64,000 bases of DNA from Gammaproteobacteria bacterium (GCA_040183005.1 JAMPIW010000007.1:798188-862187); one strand, 5' to 3'; shown: positions 1 through 10,451, counted from the stretch's first letter. Numbers and translations are program-made. The notes: a model not told the origin generated them from the letters alone.

Positions 1-27
1 GCGTCAGGCGCAGTCCACGCATCCCTG

Positions 28-1251
28 TCATCTTGCGGCTACCGCAGTACGCGCCAGGCCATATACATTCCGGTAACGCTCTACGCTCACCGGCCAATTG
101 CGTTCCGTTTCCACAAAACGGCGCGCTTTCTCACGCAATTCAGCCCATCGTTCACTGTGCGCCAACAAACCAACTACAGTATCAGCCAGGGACTCAACAT
201 CACCAGCTCGAAACAGTATCCCGGTTTCTCCATGCCGGATTAACTCGTGGTGCCCTCCCACATCGGAGGCAATCAGCAAGCGTCCCTGCGCCATCGCTTC
301 GAGCGGTTTGAGGGGCGTAACCAATTCCGTGAGCCGCATGGAGAGGCGTGGATACACCAGAATATCCACCATGTCATAGTAACGTTGCACCTCACCGTGA
401 GGGACACGGCCTGTAAATATTACCTTGTCAGCAATGGCAAGCTCGTTGACGAGCTGTTTAAGATGGGTCTCTTGCGGGCCACCTCCTACCAGCAGAATGC
501 GCACATCCGGCATCTTCGCCAATATTGCAGGCAGGGCCCGCAGCAGTAATGGCAGGCCTTCGTAGGCATAAAATGAACCGATGAAGCCCAGCACACGCTT
601 GCCCGTCAAACCGTGCGCGTCGATCAACTGGGGATCCGGTTTGCCGCCAATAACAAAGCGTTCGAGATCCACTGCGTTGGGTATAACGGTGACTTTGTCC
701 TTGGATATGCCACGCCCCACAATGTCATTGCGCAATCCTTCGCAAATAGTCGTAATGGCATGCGCCTGTTTCAGCACGTGGGTCTCCAGCGCATGAGTGG
801 CGCGGTACCGTAGCCCACCTTCCCTGCTGGTGCCATGATCCACAGCGGCGTCCTCCCAGAAGGCCCGCACTTCGTAGACCACCGGGATATTCAGTTTTTT
901 GCCGACACGCAAGGCCGCCATGCCATTCAGCGCGGGCGAATGGGCATGGAGAATGTCGGGCTTGATCTCACGCGCCACTTGCTCCAGACGCCGGGCCAAA
1001 ACGTCAATGCCGGCAAGCTGATTAAGCACGGGGAGTCGTGCCATGAGACCCGCAGGTTGCGGCGTGCGGTAGAAATGCAGGCCGTCAACATCCTCCTCCA
1101 GCGATGCGGTTGCCTTCTGTTTTGAACTGGTGATGTGGCTGGTTTTCCAGCCCAGCACCCGCTGCTGCTCTAAAATGGCGCGGGTGCGGAAGGTATAACC
1201 ACTATGCAGCGGGATGGAATGGTCGAGAACGTGAAGAATATGCAGGCTCAT
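28..1251 (-). CDS. GT4 glycosyltransferase associated with the PEP-CTERM/exosortase A system (Daro_2409-type)
   Basis: ORF 28..1374 translated. The conserved family N-terminus MSLHILHVLDHSIPLHSGY begins at an internal ATG at 1251, 11 bp after the xrtA stop. It has a GT-B/GT4 fold and sits last in the exosortase operon. The family call is from memory of TIGR04063-like proteins. Confidence 0.7.
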   Translation of the reverse strand: MSLHILHVLDHSIPLHSGYTFRTRAILEQQRVLGWKTSHITSSKQKATASLEEDVDGLHFYRTPQPAGLMARLPVLNQLAGIDVLARRLEQVAREIKPDILHAHSPALNGMAALRVGKKLNIPVVYEVRAFWEDAAVDHGTSREGGLRYRATHALETHVLKQAHAITTICEGLRNDIVGRGISKDKVTVIPNAVDLERFVIGGKPDPQLIDAHGLTGKRVLGFIGSFYAYEGLPLLLRALPAILAKMPDVRILLVGGGPQETHLKQLVNELAIADKVIFTGRVPHGEVQRYYDMVDILVYPRLSMRLTELVTPLKPLEAMAQGRLLIASDVGGHHELIRHGETGILFRAGDVESLADTVVGLLAHSERWAELREKARRFVETERNWPVSVERYRNVYGLARTAVAAR

Positions 1252-1261
1252 GGATAGATCG

Positions 1262-2830
1262 CTACTGATGGGCTGCATCGTTAAGACTGCTCTCGATGGA
1301 AGGCAACATGTCAGCGACGAGACCGCGTAAAATAGCTGCCGCAGGCTCGGTTTTGTCATCATACTCTGCCGCAATCACGATACCGGCGGCATTCCTTTGT
1401 CCGCCGAGCAATTTTGATTTCGCTTCCAGCAGCTTTGCGACATAAGCGTTCGAGGTATACGTGCCATCCAGCGAGTACCAATCCCAGATCAACAATTTGG
1501 TGCTGGGCGAATGCAGCTTTGTCTGGCGTATCTGAACGGTGTGCCCATTGATCGGAATTGTTATCGATTGTTCCCCGACATTGCTCCATACGGGATGCTT
1601 TTGCTCGATCATGACATTTTGTGAATTGACCAGTTCTGCACCCTGATGCTGATTACGATAATAGGCCAGATAAATGCTGGCGATCTGCCCACTGCGGGTG
1701 TAAGTCTGCTGAAGTTGTGCATTCATGCCCGCATAGCGCGGCTGCCAGTCCCACTTTGGTGTTGCGCTGATTTGCCAGGCGTTGGCAGGCGCTGGGGCTT
1801 TGAGTGTGATATTGACGGATTCGGTAGTACCACCCTGATAAAGATACGCCATCAATGGGCCACTGCTTAACAATGCAAGCACGACAAAGCCCATCGTCAC
1901 AGCCTTTTTCCCGCTGCTCACGCTACTGTGATTACTCATGGCACTATTAGCCGCTGGTGTTTCACCTGCCGTTGCCACCTGAGAGACATGAACATCTTCA
2001 CGCCAGAAACTACCTATCCAGAACAGCAACACCATCACCAAACCGAAGAACACCCAGCCATAGATATAATGGTCTATTCCTAATGCCAATTTCATACCGC
2101 TTAAATGGGCGATCATCACGATCATATAGGCGCGCAGCCCATTAGCTATAACGGGGACAATCAGGGCTAGCAAGATAAATACTAAACGCCGCCATAGTGT
2201 TTGATAGGTGAGGTAGGCATAAAGGAAACCCAGCGTCACGGAGGCGATCAAATAGCGCAGCCCGCTGCATCCCTCTACAACCGACCAGTGTCCACTGGGG
2301 ATCTCAAAGAATGTCCCCTCCCGGTAGACCGGTATGCCGGTCAACTGGAGCGCCTTCACCGTAAAATCAGCGGTGAAGTTCATCATGGAGGGAATCAGCC
2401 CTTCGCCCACCGGCACGGCTAAGAGCAAAAAGCCCAGCGGAAAGGCAATCGCCCATGTGGCTTGGCTACCTATCAGGCTCCACACCGCCGCGATCAACAT
2501 CCCTATCAGTGCGAACTGCTGTATCACCAGAATATCGACGGTATGCGCCACCAGCCACAGCAGGCTGAAACCTGCTAGAAACAGCAATCCCCAATGATTA
2601 GTCACTGGAGTGATCTGTGCAAGCGTTTGACGTTTGTTCCAGATCAGCCAGGCGCTGATGGGCACGATCAGGAAACCATGAGTAAAGGTTTCGGAGCGCC
2701 ACCAGATATCCACCATAGACTGGGCCGTCTGCCAGAATAGTCCCAGAATGGCCAGCAGTATTCCAATGGCGAGTGGGGCCGATGTTCGCCACTCTGATGA
2801 GTTTGGCATCGTTTTTATAGCATCACGCAT
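1262..2830 (-). CDS. xrtA: Exosortase A (XrtA/EpsH) with fused C-terminal EpsI-family domain
   Basis: The 549-aa ORF has a polytopic N-terminal half (about 8 TM segments, WQTAQSMVDIWWRSETFTHGFLIVPISAWLIW motif region) and a soluble C-terminal half (about 220 aa), as expected for the XrtA-EpsI fusion. The ATG at 2830 lies 4 bp from the asnB-like stop. The context is the PEP-CTERM EPS operon. Confidence 0.85.
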   Translation of the reverse strand: MRDAIKTMPNSSEWRTSAPLAIGILLAILGLFWQTAQSMVDIWWRSETFTHGFLIVPISAWLIWNKRQTLAQITPVTNHWGLLFLAGFSLLWLVAHTVDILVIQQFALIGMLIAAVWSLIGSQATWAIAFPLGFLLLAVPVGEGLIPSMMNFTADFTVKALQLTGIPVYREGTFFEIPSGHWSVVEGCSGLRYLIASVTLGFLYAYLTYQTLWRRLVFILLALIVPVIANGLRAYMIVMIAHLSGMKLALGIDHYIYGWVFFGLVMVLLFWIGSFWREDVHVSQVATAGETPAANSAMSNHSSVSSGKKAVTMGFVVLALLSSGPLMAYLYQGGTTESVNITLKAPAPANAWQISATPKWDWQPRYAGMNAQLQQTYTRSGQIASIYLAYYRNQHQGAELVNSQNVMIEQKHPVWSNVGEQSITIPINGHTVQIRQTKLHSPSTKLLIWDWYSLDGTYTSNAYVAKLLEAKSKLLGGQRNAAGIVIAAEYDDKTEPAAAILRGLVADMLPSIESSLNDAAHQ

Positions 2831-4727
2831 AATGCTGAACTCCCGAAGCCTTACGTTGAAACGCCTCGAACATAAGAAGCGACCACAAGGCGGTGCTGTG
2901 GTCGCGCGCACCGGATTGGTGTTGATCGACTAGCTGCCGCAAAAAACTTTTATCGAAGATGCCAGTATCCGCCAACGTGTCACCCAGCAGGGCATCGCGT
3001 ACCCGCTCGCGCAACGGTCCACGGAACCAGCCCGCCAACGGCACTGCAAAACCCATTTTGGCGCGATATAAAATATCATCTGAAAGATAAGGTTGCAGCG
3101 ACTTTTTAAGGATGTATTTACCTTCGCGGCCCTTGAGCTTGAGGTCCGGGGGCAGGCCGGAGACCCATTCCACTAGTTCATGATCCAGCAACGGTACCCG
3201 AACTTCCAGGGCATGGGCCATGCTGGCACGGTCTACCTTGGTGAGAATGTCGCCCACCAGGTAGGTTTTCATATCCAGATACTGCACCTTCGATAGGGGA
3301 TGGTCGGGTGCATTGCGCGCATGGTCACGCATTACCTCAATGGCTTGGTAGCCTTGCAGCTCGCGCCGGAACGCGGGGCTGAACAACCTCCCTCGCATGG
3401 CATCTCCCAGAATCGACACACCGTGAAAATAACCCTCAACGGAATCCCGCGCCATCGCCTCGAAGGTGGTCTTGGCACGCAACACCTTGGGCGCCCAATC
3501 GGCTTTCGGATACAACCTTCCCAGCATTCCGAACAGCGGCCCGCGCACCGCCTGCGGCAACAGCGAACGCATCCGGTCCTCGTAGGTGTGCCAGCGATAC
3601 CGCCGGTAACCAGCAAAATTTTCATCACCGCCGTCGCCAGACAATGCCACCGTCACCCGTTTACGCGCCAGCCCGCATACCCGGTAGGTGGGGATGGCGG
3701 AGCTGTCCGCGTAAGGTTCATCGTAGAGCGCGGCCAACTTGTCGATGAGATCGTAGTCATCGGTATCCACCCGCTCCACATAGTGTTGGGTGTGATAACG
3801 CTCGGCAACCTGGGCGGCAAAACGCGCTTCATCGTATGCCGGGTCACCAAACGAAATTGAGCAGGTGTTGACCGGCTCTTTGGATAATCCCGCCATCATC
3901 GCCACCACGGCACTGGAATCCACGCCACCGGATAGGAACGCCCCCAGCGGCACTTCGGAGATCATGTGGCTGCTCACTGCCTCACGCAGGCGATGGACAA
4001 GCTCTTCGGAAATCTCGCTTTCGCTAGGACAGTTGACGGGCTTGAATGGCACATCCCAGTATTGGCGTGGCTGCGGCAAGGCCTCACCACGACGCAACGT
4101 CAAGGTGTAACCTGGCGGCAGTTTAAAAGCGTGTCGCAGGATGGTCTTGGGCTCGGGCACGTAACCGTAGGCAAAATAATCCTCCACGGCACGCGGATCA
4201 ACCTCATGTGGAAGATCAGGATGTTCCTGTAACGCCTTGAGTTCCGATCCGAATATCAAAACGCCATTAGCGAGGACAGCATAATACAGAGGTTTGATCC
4301 CCAGCCGGTCGCGCGCCAGGAACAGGGTTTGCCGGTTGCGATCCCACAGCGCAAAGGCGAACATGCCGCGAAAACGCAGCACGCACGCCTCGCCCCACTG
4401 TTCCCAGGCATGGACAATCACCTCGGTGTCACTATGGGTACGGAAGACATGGCCGAGTCCCGCCAGCTCTTTGGCGAGTTCCTGAAAATTATAAATCTCA
4501 CCATTGAACACCACCACCACCGAACCGTCTTCATTGAACAGAGGCTGGTGTCCGCTGGACAAGTCTATGATTGACAGACGCCGGTGCGCCAGGCCGACAC
4601 CTGGTTCGGTATGCTGGCCACCCTCATCCGGCCCCCGGTGAAACTGCACCTGATTCATGCGTGCCAGCAGCGCCTCGTTTACTTCACGAGAGCCGCGCGT
4701 GTCAAAAATACCTGCGATACCACACAT
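2823..4727 (-). CDS. Asparagine synthetase (glutamine-hydrolysing) family amidotransferase, exosortase-locus type
   Basis: It starts MCGIAGIF with the class-II glutaminase Cys2, has the SGGVDSS PP-loop, and is 634 aa. It lies immediately upstream of xrtA, as in EpsH/EpsI loci. Confidence 0.85.
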   Translation of the reverse strand: MCGIAGIFDTRGSREVNEALLARMNQVQFHRGPDEGGQHTEPGVGLAHRRLSIIDLSSGHQPLFNEDGSVVVVFNGEIYNFQELAKELAGLGHVFRTHSDTEVIVHAWEQWGEACVLRFRGMFAFALWDRNRQTLFLARDRLGIKPLYYAVLANGVLIFGSELKALQEHPDLPHEVDPRAVEDYFAYGYVPEPKTILRHAFKLPPGYTLTLRRGEALPQPRQYWDVPFKPVNCPSESEISEELVHRLREAVSSHMISEVPLGAFLSGGVDSSAVVAMMAGLSKEPVNTCSISFGDPAYDEARFAAQVAERYHTQHYVERVDTDDYDLIDKLAALYDEPYADSSAIPTYRVCGLARKRVTVALSGDGGDENFAGYRRYRWHTYEDRMRSLLPQAVRGPLFGMLGRLYPKADWAPKVLRAKTTFEAMARDSVEGYFHGVSILGDAMRGRLFSPAFRRELQGYQAIEVMRDHARNAPDHPLSKVQYLDMKTYLVGDILTKVDRASMAHALEVRVPLLDHELVEWVSGLPPDLKLKGREGKYILKKSLQPYLSDDILYRAKMGFAVPLAGWFRGPLRERVRDALLGDTLADTGIFDKSFLRQLVDQHQSGARDHSTALWSLLMFEAFQRKASGVQHYA

Positions 4728-4768
4728 AGTTAAATCACATTTCTCGAGTTATTTATACTATCCATTGT

Positions 4769-4888
4769 CCACGAAAAGCACGAAAGACACGAAAAGGCCT
4801 CTGTTGCTTTCAGGTGGCACCCATTTCCCAGTACCCGCCAAACAACGCGCTCCCGGCTGTTTTTTCGTGCCTTTCGTGTTTTTCGTGG
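4769..4888. promoter_or_regulatory. Long imperfect inverted repeat (about 28-nt arms, about 60-nt spacer) built from tandem CACGAAA(A)G units, intercistronic inside the eps operon
   Basis: Arm 1 is 4769-4797 (ccacgaaaagcacgaaagacacgaaaagg). Arm 2 is 4860-4888 (ttttttcgtgcctttcgtgtttttcgtgg), near-complementary to arm 1. Each arm contains three direct CACGAAA repeats. It lies between the stop of the stp2-like GT (4900) and the start of the asnB-like gene (4727). Confidence 0.5.
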
Positions 4889-4899
4889 ATAACATTTTC

Positions 4900-6063
4900 T
4901 CACTTCGTTTTCTCCAACTGCAGCGCGTCATACACCGCCATATAGCGCTCGACCATGTGCGTCAGGCTGAACTCCTGCTCCACACGCCGGCGCCCTTCCT
5001 CGCCATGGCGGCGCATCATCTGCGGATTTTCAATATAGGATTGCAGGGCATCAGCCATTGCTGGTGCATCATTAGGGGGCACCAGCGTGCCGGTATGATT
5101 TTCCTTCACCAGCTCCGGGTTACCACCCACGCGGGTCGCCAGCACCGGCAGGCCACTAGCCATGGCCTCTAGGATGGTGTTGGAGATGCCTTCAGCAAGC
5201 GAGGGCAGCACAAAGATGTCCAGGCAACGCAACAGGTGCGGTGTATCATCGCGAGAGCCAGGCAACCAGCACAGATCGAGCGCATTCGCCTGGTACAGCA
5301 ATTCTTGTGCCTCGGACCGTAGCGGGCCATCGCCGATCAATACCAGACGCAGCCGTTCCCGCGCATCGGGCAGACGCTCCAGCAACAGCAGGAATGCCCG
5401 CACCAGGGTTAATTGATCTTTGACCGTTTGCATACGCCCGAGGGTACCGATGACTGTGCTGTCTTTATCGGCAAATCCCTCTAGCGGCAAGAGCTCACGT
5501 TCCTGACGCGCCGGATGAAACAGCTCGCTGTCCACGCCGTTGCAGATGTGGACGATTTTTTTACCCGGCACTTCGACCTGATTGCGCAGCCACTGCTCCA
5601 GATCGCGCGACAGCGGAATATATTTGTCCACTAAGGGCCGGAAGGCACGGCGCAACAGATTGTATTTGCGGTTGGTGCCATCAATGTCTTGCATATCCCT
5701 GCCATGCTCACCATGCACCCGGCCAGGCACACCGGCCAATGCGGCGGGAAGCTGCGCTTCCAGTGCCGAAAGATTGCGGGTATGAACGATATCCGGGCGA
5801 AGTTGACGCAACAAGCGCCACAGGCGCAGATAGACACCGAAATCTTTACCCTCGCTTTTGTGTAGCGCATAACATTCCACATCGGCGCGGCGGATGCGCG
5901 CGCGGAAGGCTGGATTATAATCCGTCATGCAGATAATCACGTGGCGGTAGCGGTTTTCTGGAGTATGGTTGATGATGTTGATCAGGCCATTCTCCAATCC
6001 ACCCACATCCAGGCGATGGAGAATGTGAACCACCAGCGGTGGTTGAGAATGGAGTCTATTCAT
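4900..6063 (-). CDS. GT4 sugar transferase, PEP-CTERM/EpsH1-system associated (stp2-like)
   Basis: It carries the VVHILHRLDVGGLENGLINIINH N-terminal motif typical of this family. The real start is the ATG at 6063, which overlaps the upstream stop as ATGA. The track ORF 4900..6174 carries a spurious N-extension. Confidence 0.8.
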   Translation of the reverse strand: MNRLHSQPPLVVHILHRLDVGGLENGLINIINHTPENRYRHVIICMTDYNPAFRARIRRADVECYALHKSEGKDFGVYLRLWRLLRQLRPDIVHTRNLSALEAQLPAALAGVPGRVHGEHGRDMQDIDGTNRKYNLLRRAFRPLVDKYIPLSRDLEQWLRNQVEVPGKKIVHICNGVDSELFHPARQERELLPLEGFADKDSTVIGTLGRMQTVKDQLTLVRAFLLLLERLPDARERLRLVLIGDGPLRSEAQELLYQANALDLCWLPGSRDDTPHLLRCLDIFVLPSLAEGISNTILEAMASGLPVLATRVGGNPELVKENHTGTLVPPNDAPAMADALQSYIENPQMMRRHGEEGRRRVEQEFSLTHMVERYMAVYDALQLEKTK

Positions 6064-7301
6064 GCAGCCACTACGCTGGGAAACGCATCCGGCGAACCAT
6101 GAGCGCCACCACCTTCCAGCAAATAGTCGAGGCGTGCAAGGTTCGATGTCCAGTTGTAGCGTTGCAACACGCACGCGCGCCCCGCCCTGCCTATCTCTGC
6201 ACCCATCTCGCCGCGTAACACTTGTGCAGCCAGCGCGGCAAATGCCGCAGGTTCATCAGTCACCAGCACGCCGGCGACACCCTCGATACCCTCCGCTGCG
6301 GCCTTCGTCGCCAACACGGGTTTGGCCATAGCCATGGCCTCAAGTACCTTGTTTTGCACACCACGTGCAATACGCAACGGCGCAACCGCCGCCACAGCAT
6401 GGGCAAGATAAGGGCGCACATCCGGTACGGCGCCAGTGACATGGACACCAGGCAGGCTAGCCAATTGCTGCACCTCAACAGACGGGCGTCCGCCAACGAT
6501 ATAAAAGACCGCCTCCGGCATCTGCTCACGTACCAGGGGGAATACTTCGCGGGCAAACCAGCACACCGCGTCGGCATTCGCCCAGTAGTCCATCGCGCCA
6601 GTGAACACCAGGACCTTTTCACCTTCCGCATAAGGATAGTCATAATCCCGTTCCGGCGAAAAATAGTCGCTGTCCACGCCATTATTGATATGGCTGACGC
6701 GCGCCGCGGCATCAGGCGCGAGTTTTTTAAATAACTCCGCCTCCTCAAGTGACACAAATACACTGGCGTCGAAGTCGCCCGCCACCTGCCGGTCGTAATC
6801 CAGTAATCGCCTGGCTTCGCGCCGGTAAACCGCGCTCATCGGCCAGGATTTGCTTTGAGCATATTGTCGCCATTTATCGGAATCGACATCGACAAAATCA
6901 ATCACACGGCGCGCACCCGGTAACGTGCGCCCCATCATGTACTGAGCCATTGCCGAGGAAAACACCAATACTCGCCGCACCGGCCGGGTCGTCAAGAGTT
7001 GATCGACCCAGGCCTGCATGCCCGTATTTCGGTAGTACGGCACAGTCAAAGGCTCGCCGCTAAAAAAGCCGCTAACGCTGCGCAGGCGCGCTAAACCGGG
7101 GTGCAGCGCCACAAAGTGCGTCTCACCGCAAACCTGGCGCAGTCGTGACACATGGCGCCAATCATCTTTGTCATCCACAAACGCGGCCAGATGAACGCGA
7201 TACTTACCGGCTAAGTGTTTGAGCAAATGAAACGAGCGAATTTTGTCGCCCTTATTCGGGGGATAAGGGATGCGGTGCGCCAGAAACAGCAGTTCCTGCA
7301 T
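6060..7301 (-). CDS. GT4 sugar transferase, PEP-CTERM/EpsH1-system associated (stp1-like)
   Basis: N-terminus MQELLFLAHRIPYPPNKGDKIRSFHLLKHLA, GT-B fold, 413 aa, translationally coupled to the downstream GT. Confidence 0.8.
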   Translation of the reverse strand: MQELLFLAHRIPYPPNKGDKIRSFHLLKHLAGKYRVHLAAFVDDKDDWRHVSRLRQVCGETHFVALHPGLARLRSVSGFFSGEPLTVPYYRNTGMQAWVDQLLTTRPVRRVLVFSSAMAQYMMGRTLPGARRVIDFVDVDSDKWRQYAQSKSWPMSAVYRREARRLLDYDRQVAGDFDASVFVSLEEAELFKKLAPDAAARVSHINNGVDSDYFSPERDYDYPYAEGEKVLVFTGAMDYWANADAVCWFAREVFPLVREQMPEAVFYIVGGRPSVEVQQLASLPGVHVTGAVPDVRPYLAHAVAAVAPLRIARGVQNKVLEAMAMAKPVLATKAAAEGIEGVAGVLVTDEPAAFAALAAQVLRGEMGAEIGRAGRACVLQRYNWTSNLARLDYLLEGGGAHGSPDAFPSVVAA

Positions 7302-7307
7302 GGCCGT

Positions 7308-8330
7308 TTATCCCAGATTTTTCGCGAGCTGCGGACCAATGATCTTGGTCAGTGCAAAAGGCATGGCCTTCCACAATCGGATAAATAACTGATATTTGGG
7401 GTTGAGCGGGTTGATATCGGGCATTTCCTTAATACCCATCAAGCAGTGTTCGTAATAGAGCGGTTGTGGCTCAAAACCCCAATGCTCCTTAAAACTGTAC
7501 GACCCCGTGCCCTTCTTGCTGCGCCCAAAATCAAACACCTTGACGCCCCGTTCACCGGCGCGGCGCATCAGCTCCCAATACATAAAATCATTCGCAGCCA
7601 AGCCGCGCGCTTCACTTGTTCCACCACCGTAATAGGGCAACACCTCATCGCGGAAATAAAAGCTCATCACGCTGCTCACCGTTCGCCCATCCTTGGTGAT
7701 AGTAAGCACTTCACAATCTTTATCAAATACTTGCTTGAGCATTTTATAGTATTTTCTACTATTTACCGGCGTGCCAAGATAATGCACGCTGCGCGCATAG
7801 GCATCATAGAAACGATCCACCCCCTCATCAATCTCGCCGCACAAATCATTTTTGATGCCCTTGCGCACCATGGCGCGCTGCTTGCGCGGAATCGCCAGCA
7901 TGGTTTGTTCGGGGTCGGCGTCGATCTCTTTGCGAAATGTGACGTACAGATCTTTGATGGGCCAATCACTGTGTTGCGGCTTGAGGTTGCGCAACTCCAG
8001 GTAATCCACTTTCAGTTCCGCCGCTAGTCGTTGCGCCTCTTGATCCAGGGCAGTACGTGCCGCTTCATTGGCGGCGGCGATGCCACCGTAAACGCAAAAT
8101 GGCAGGGAAGTCAGTGCATTTCCGAACAAACGGCTATTGACATGACCTAACGGCAACACGCCCTGTATCTCACCATTCTGTTCCGCATACAGGAAATAAC
8201 CGCGATGCCCCAGCGCCCGTTCAATGACCTCTTTCCAGCCGGCACGATGAAAAAAAGTGGCCTCAGGGCAGCCGGTGACAAAGGCATCCCAGCGCGCCCT
8301 GTCATTTACATCTAGCCACCTAACCTGCAT
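7308..8330 (-). CDS. FemAB-like (GNAT-fold) protein, PEP-CTERM locus associated
   Basis: ORF 7308..8381 is a 340-aa FemAB-family-like protein starting at the internal ATG MQVRWLD (8330). It holds the conserved position between deacetylase and GTs in exosortase loci. Confidence 0.7.
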   Translation of the reverse strand: MQVRWLDVNDRARWDAFVTGCPEATFFHRAGWKEVIERALGHRGYFLYAEQNGEIQGVLPLGHVNSRLFGNALTSLPFCVYGGIAAANEAARTALDQEAQRLAAELKVDYLELRNLKPQHSDWPIKDLYVTFRKEIDADPEQTMLAIPRKQRAMVRKGIKNDLCGEIDEGVDRFYDAYARSVHYLGTPVNSRKYYKMLKQVFDKDCEVLTITKDGRTVSSVMSFYFRDEVLPYYGGGTSEARGLAANDFMYWELMRRAGERGVKVFDFGRSKKGTGSYSFKEHWGFEPQPLYYEHCLMGIKEMPDINPLNPKYQLFIRLWKAMPFALTKIIGPQLAKNLG

Positions 8331-9192
8331 GAGACACAGCCAGCTTTTGTACCGCCCAAACGCTGGCCGTCTTGCCCCCATCTAAAAATATGCGATCCAT
8401 GCGATCCCAGTGAAAATCTTTCAGCAAGGCCGCAAGACGCCCCTCCATACGTTCCAGATTCACGTAGTGCCGGAAACGCGTTTTGAGGCTGATGCCTTGC
8501 TGGCGCGGCTGGCCGGGGTCAATCTCCCATGGATGGAAATAAAATACGCATGATTGCCCATCGTTATTGTTGACGCGGCGCATCGCCCAGCGTGATAACT
8601 CATAGGGCAGAAAGCGGAAATATCCGCCGCCGCCGCATGGCAGTTTGCGGTCAAACAGACTCACCGTGGTCACGGGTATCTCCAGCAGTCCTTGTTCATC
8701 ATGGGGATAAAAGGCAAAACGTGGCGCCTCAGGCATGCCGTATAGATCATGATGGATAGGATAGATGCTGGAGCTATACACATGGCCGGTCTCGGCGAGC
8801 ACGTCCAGGGCCCACAGGTTGCGCGCGCCAATGGAATAACTCGCTGCACGATAACCGCGTATCTCGGCGCCGCCGATATCTTCCAGCAGTTTTTTGGTGC
8901 GCGAGACATCCGCACGAAATTCATCGGGTTGCTGCTGCGTTACCCGCACATGCGAATAACCATGGCTGGCCAGTTCATGGCCGCTATCCACAATGCGCCG
9001 CACCAGTTGGGGATAGCGTTCCGCCAGCCAGCCCAGCATAAAAAAAGTTGCTTTTACGCCGTGCTGATCAAACAAATCCATCACACGGTGGGTGTTCGCC
9101 TCGACGCGGCATGGTAAAACATCCCACTGATCACGGCGAATGTGTTTCTCAAATGCAGACACCTGGAAATAATCTTCCACGTCCACGCTCAT
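8320..9192 (-). CDS. Polysaccharide deacetylase (NodB/CE4 fold), XrtA-system associated
   Basis: Sequence MSVDVEDYFQVSAFEKHIRRDQWDVLPCRVEANTHRVMDLFDQHGVKATFFMLGW shows a classic CE4 N-terminus (DxD, ATFF). Start ATG at 9192. Confidence 0.8.
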   Translation of the reverse strand: MSVDVEDYFQVSAFEKHIRRDQWDVLPCRVEANTHRVMDLFDQHGVKATFFMLGWLAERYPQLVRRIVDSGHELASHGYSHVRVTQQQPDEFRADVSRTKKLLEDIGGAEIRGYRAASYSIGARNLWALDVLAETGHVYSSSIYPIHHDLYGMPEAPRFAFYPHDEQGLLEIPVTTVSLFDRKLPCGGGGYFRFLPYELSRWAMRRVNNNDGQSCVFYFHPWEIDPGQPRQQGISLKTRFRHYVNLERMEGRLAALLKDFHWDRMDRIFLDGGKTASVWAVQKLAVSHAG

Positions 9193-9215
9193 GGCATTGC
9201 GCAAGGTTACAGAGC

Positions 9216-10349
9216 TCACGCCAACCGCTCGCACAAGACACTCACGATGCGCTGAGCGGCGTGCCCGTCCCACAACTCGGGCACCCTCCCCGCTTTGCCG
9301 CCATGGGTGATGACATCGTTGAAAGCGGCCAGGATCTTGGTAGAATCGGTGCCCACAACTGTATTAGTGCCCTCATCCGCAGTAATTGGGCGTTCTGTAT
9401 TCTCGCGCAGAGTTATGCAAGGCACGCCCAGCGCCGTGGTTTCCTCCTGGATGCCGCCAGAATCCGTCAGCACCAGGCGAGCCTGAGACATCAGCCCCAG
9501 CATCGCCAGATAACCCTGTGGCGGCAGGCGCTGAATGCGCGGCGTATCAAGCAGCTTGCTCAACCCCATTTCCGTAATACGCGCATCAGTGCGCGGATGC
9601 ACCGGAAACACCAGTGGTAGACGTTCACTGATTTCACGCAATGTCGTGAGCAATCGCTCCAGCACAACCGGATCATCGACGTTGGAAGGGCGGTGCAAGG
9701 TCAGCACGGCATAACCATCAGAGTTGTCAAGAAATAGCGCTGGATCGGCCACCGAGACCAGCGTCTGCGATGCGGGTGTCGCCTGCCGCACATGGCGCAG
9801 CAGGGTATCTATCATCACATTACCCACGAAATGGATGCGATCGCCATCAATGCCTTCGCGCAACAAATTTTCGTGCGCGCTACGTTCCGTGGTAAACAGC
9901 AGATCGGAAATCTGATCGGTAAGTACGCGGTTGATTTCTTCCGGCATGGTGCGGTCGTAACTGCGCAAACCCGCTTCGACATGAATTACCGGCACACCTT
10001 TTTTTGCGGCCACCAGCGCGCAAGCGATAGTGGAATTGACATCGCCCACCACCAACACCGCTTGTGGCTGCTCAACATCCAGCACCGGCTCAAAGCGGCG
10101 CATCACTTCCGCCGTCTGTACCGCGTGGCTACCGGAACCCACGCCCAGATCCATGTCGGGATGAGGAATGCCCAACTGGTTGAAAAACTGGTGCTTCATG
10201 GCCTCATCATAATGCTGGCCCGTATGCACCAGACGCATCTGCAGCGGCTTGGGAGCGGAAGCCAAAGCATCCATGATAGGGGCGATTTTCATGAAGTTGG
10301 GGCGAGCGCCCACCACGCAGATTATTTTCGGGACGGTCTGGTTTGCCAC
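9216..10349 (-). CDS. wecB: UDP-N-acetylglucosamine 2-epimerase (non-hydrolysing, WecB family)
   Basis: It has the KIICVVGARPNFMKIAPI N-terminus and the HVEAGLRS and DSGGIQEE motifs. The probable start is a GTG at 10349 preceded by AGGGG. The track ORF extends to 10391. Confidence 0.8.
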   Translation of the reverse strand: MANQTVPKIICVVGARPNFMKIAPIMDALASAPKPLQMRLVHTGQHYDEAMKHQFFNQLGIPHPDMDLGVGSGSHAVQTAEVMRRFEPVLDVEQPQAVLVVGDVNSTIACALVAAKKGVPVIHVEAGLRSYDRTMPEEINRVLTDQISDLLFTTERSAHENLLREGIDGDRIHFVGNVMIDTLLRHVRQATPASQTLVSVADPALFLDNSDGYAVLTLHRPSNVDDPVVLERLLTTLREISERLPLVFPVHPRTDARITEMGLSKLLDTPRIQRLPPQGYLAMLGLMSQARLVLTDSGGIQEETTALGVPCITLRENTERPITADEGTNTVVGTDSTKILAAFNDVITHGGKAGRVPELWDGHAAQRIVSVLCERLA

Positions 10350-10451
10350 ATTTACCCCTGGTGACGAGTCTGAATTTTTCACAAAAAACAAAAGTGCGCG
10401 GAAAGCGGTTCAGCCTAACAATGGCGGTTGGAGCCTACTGCCGTTCCAGGG

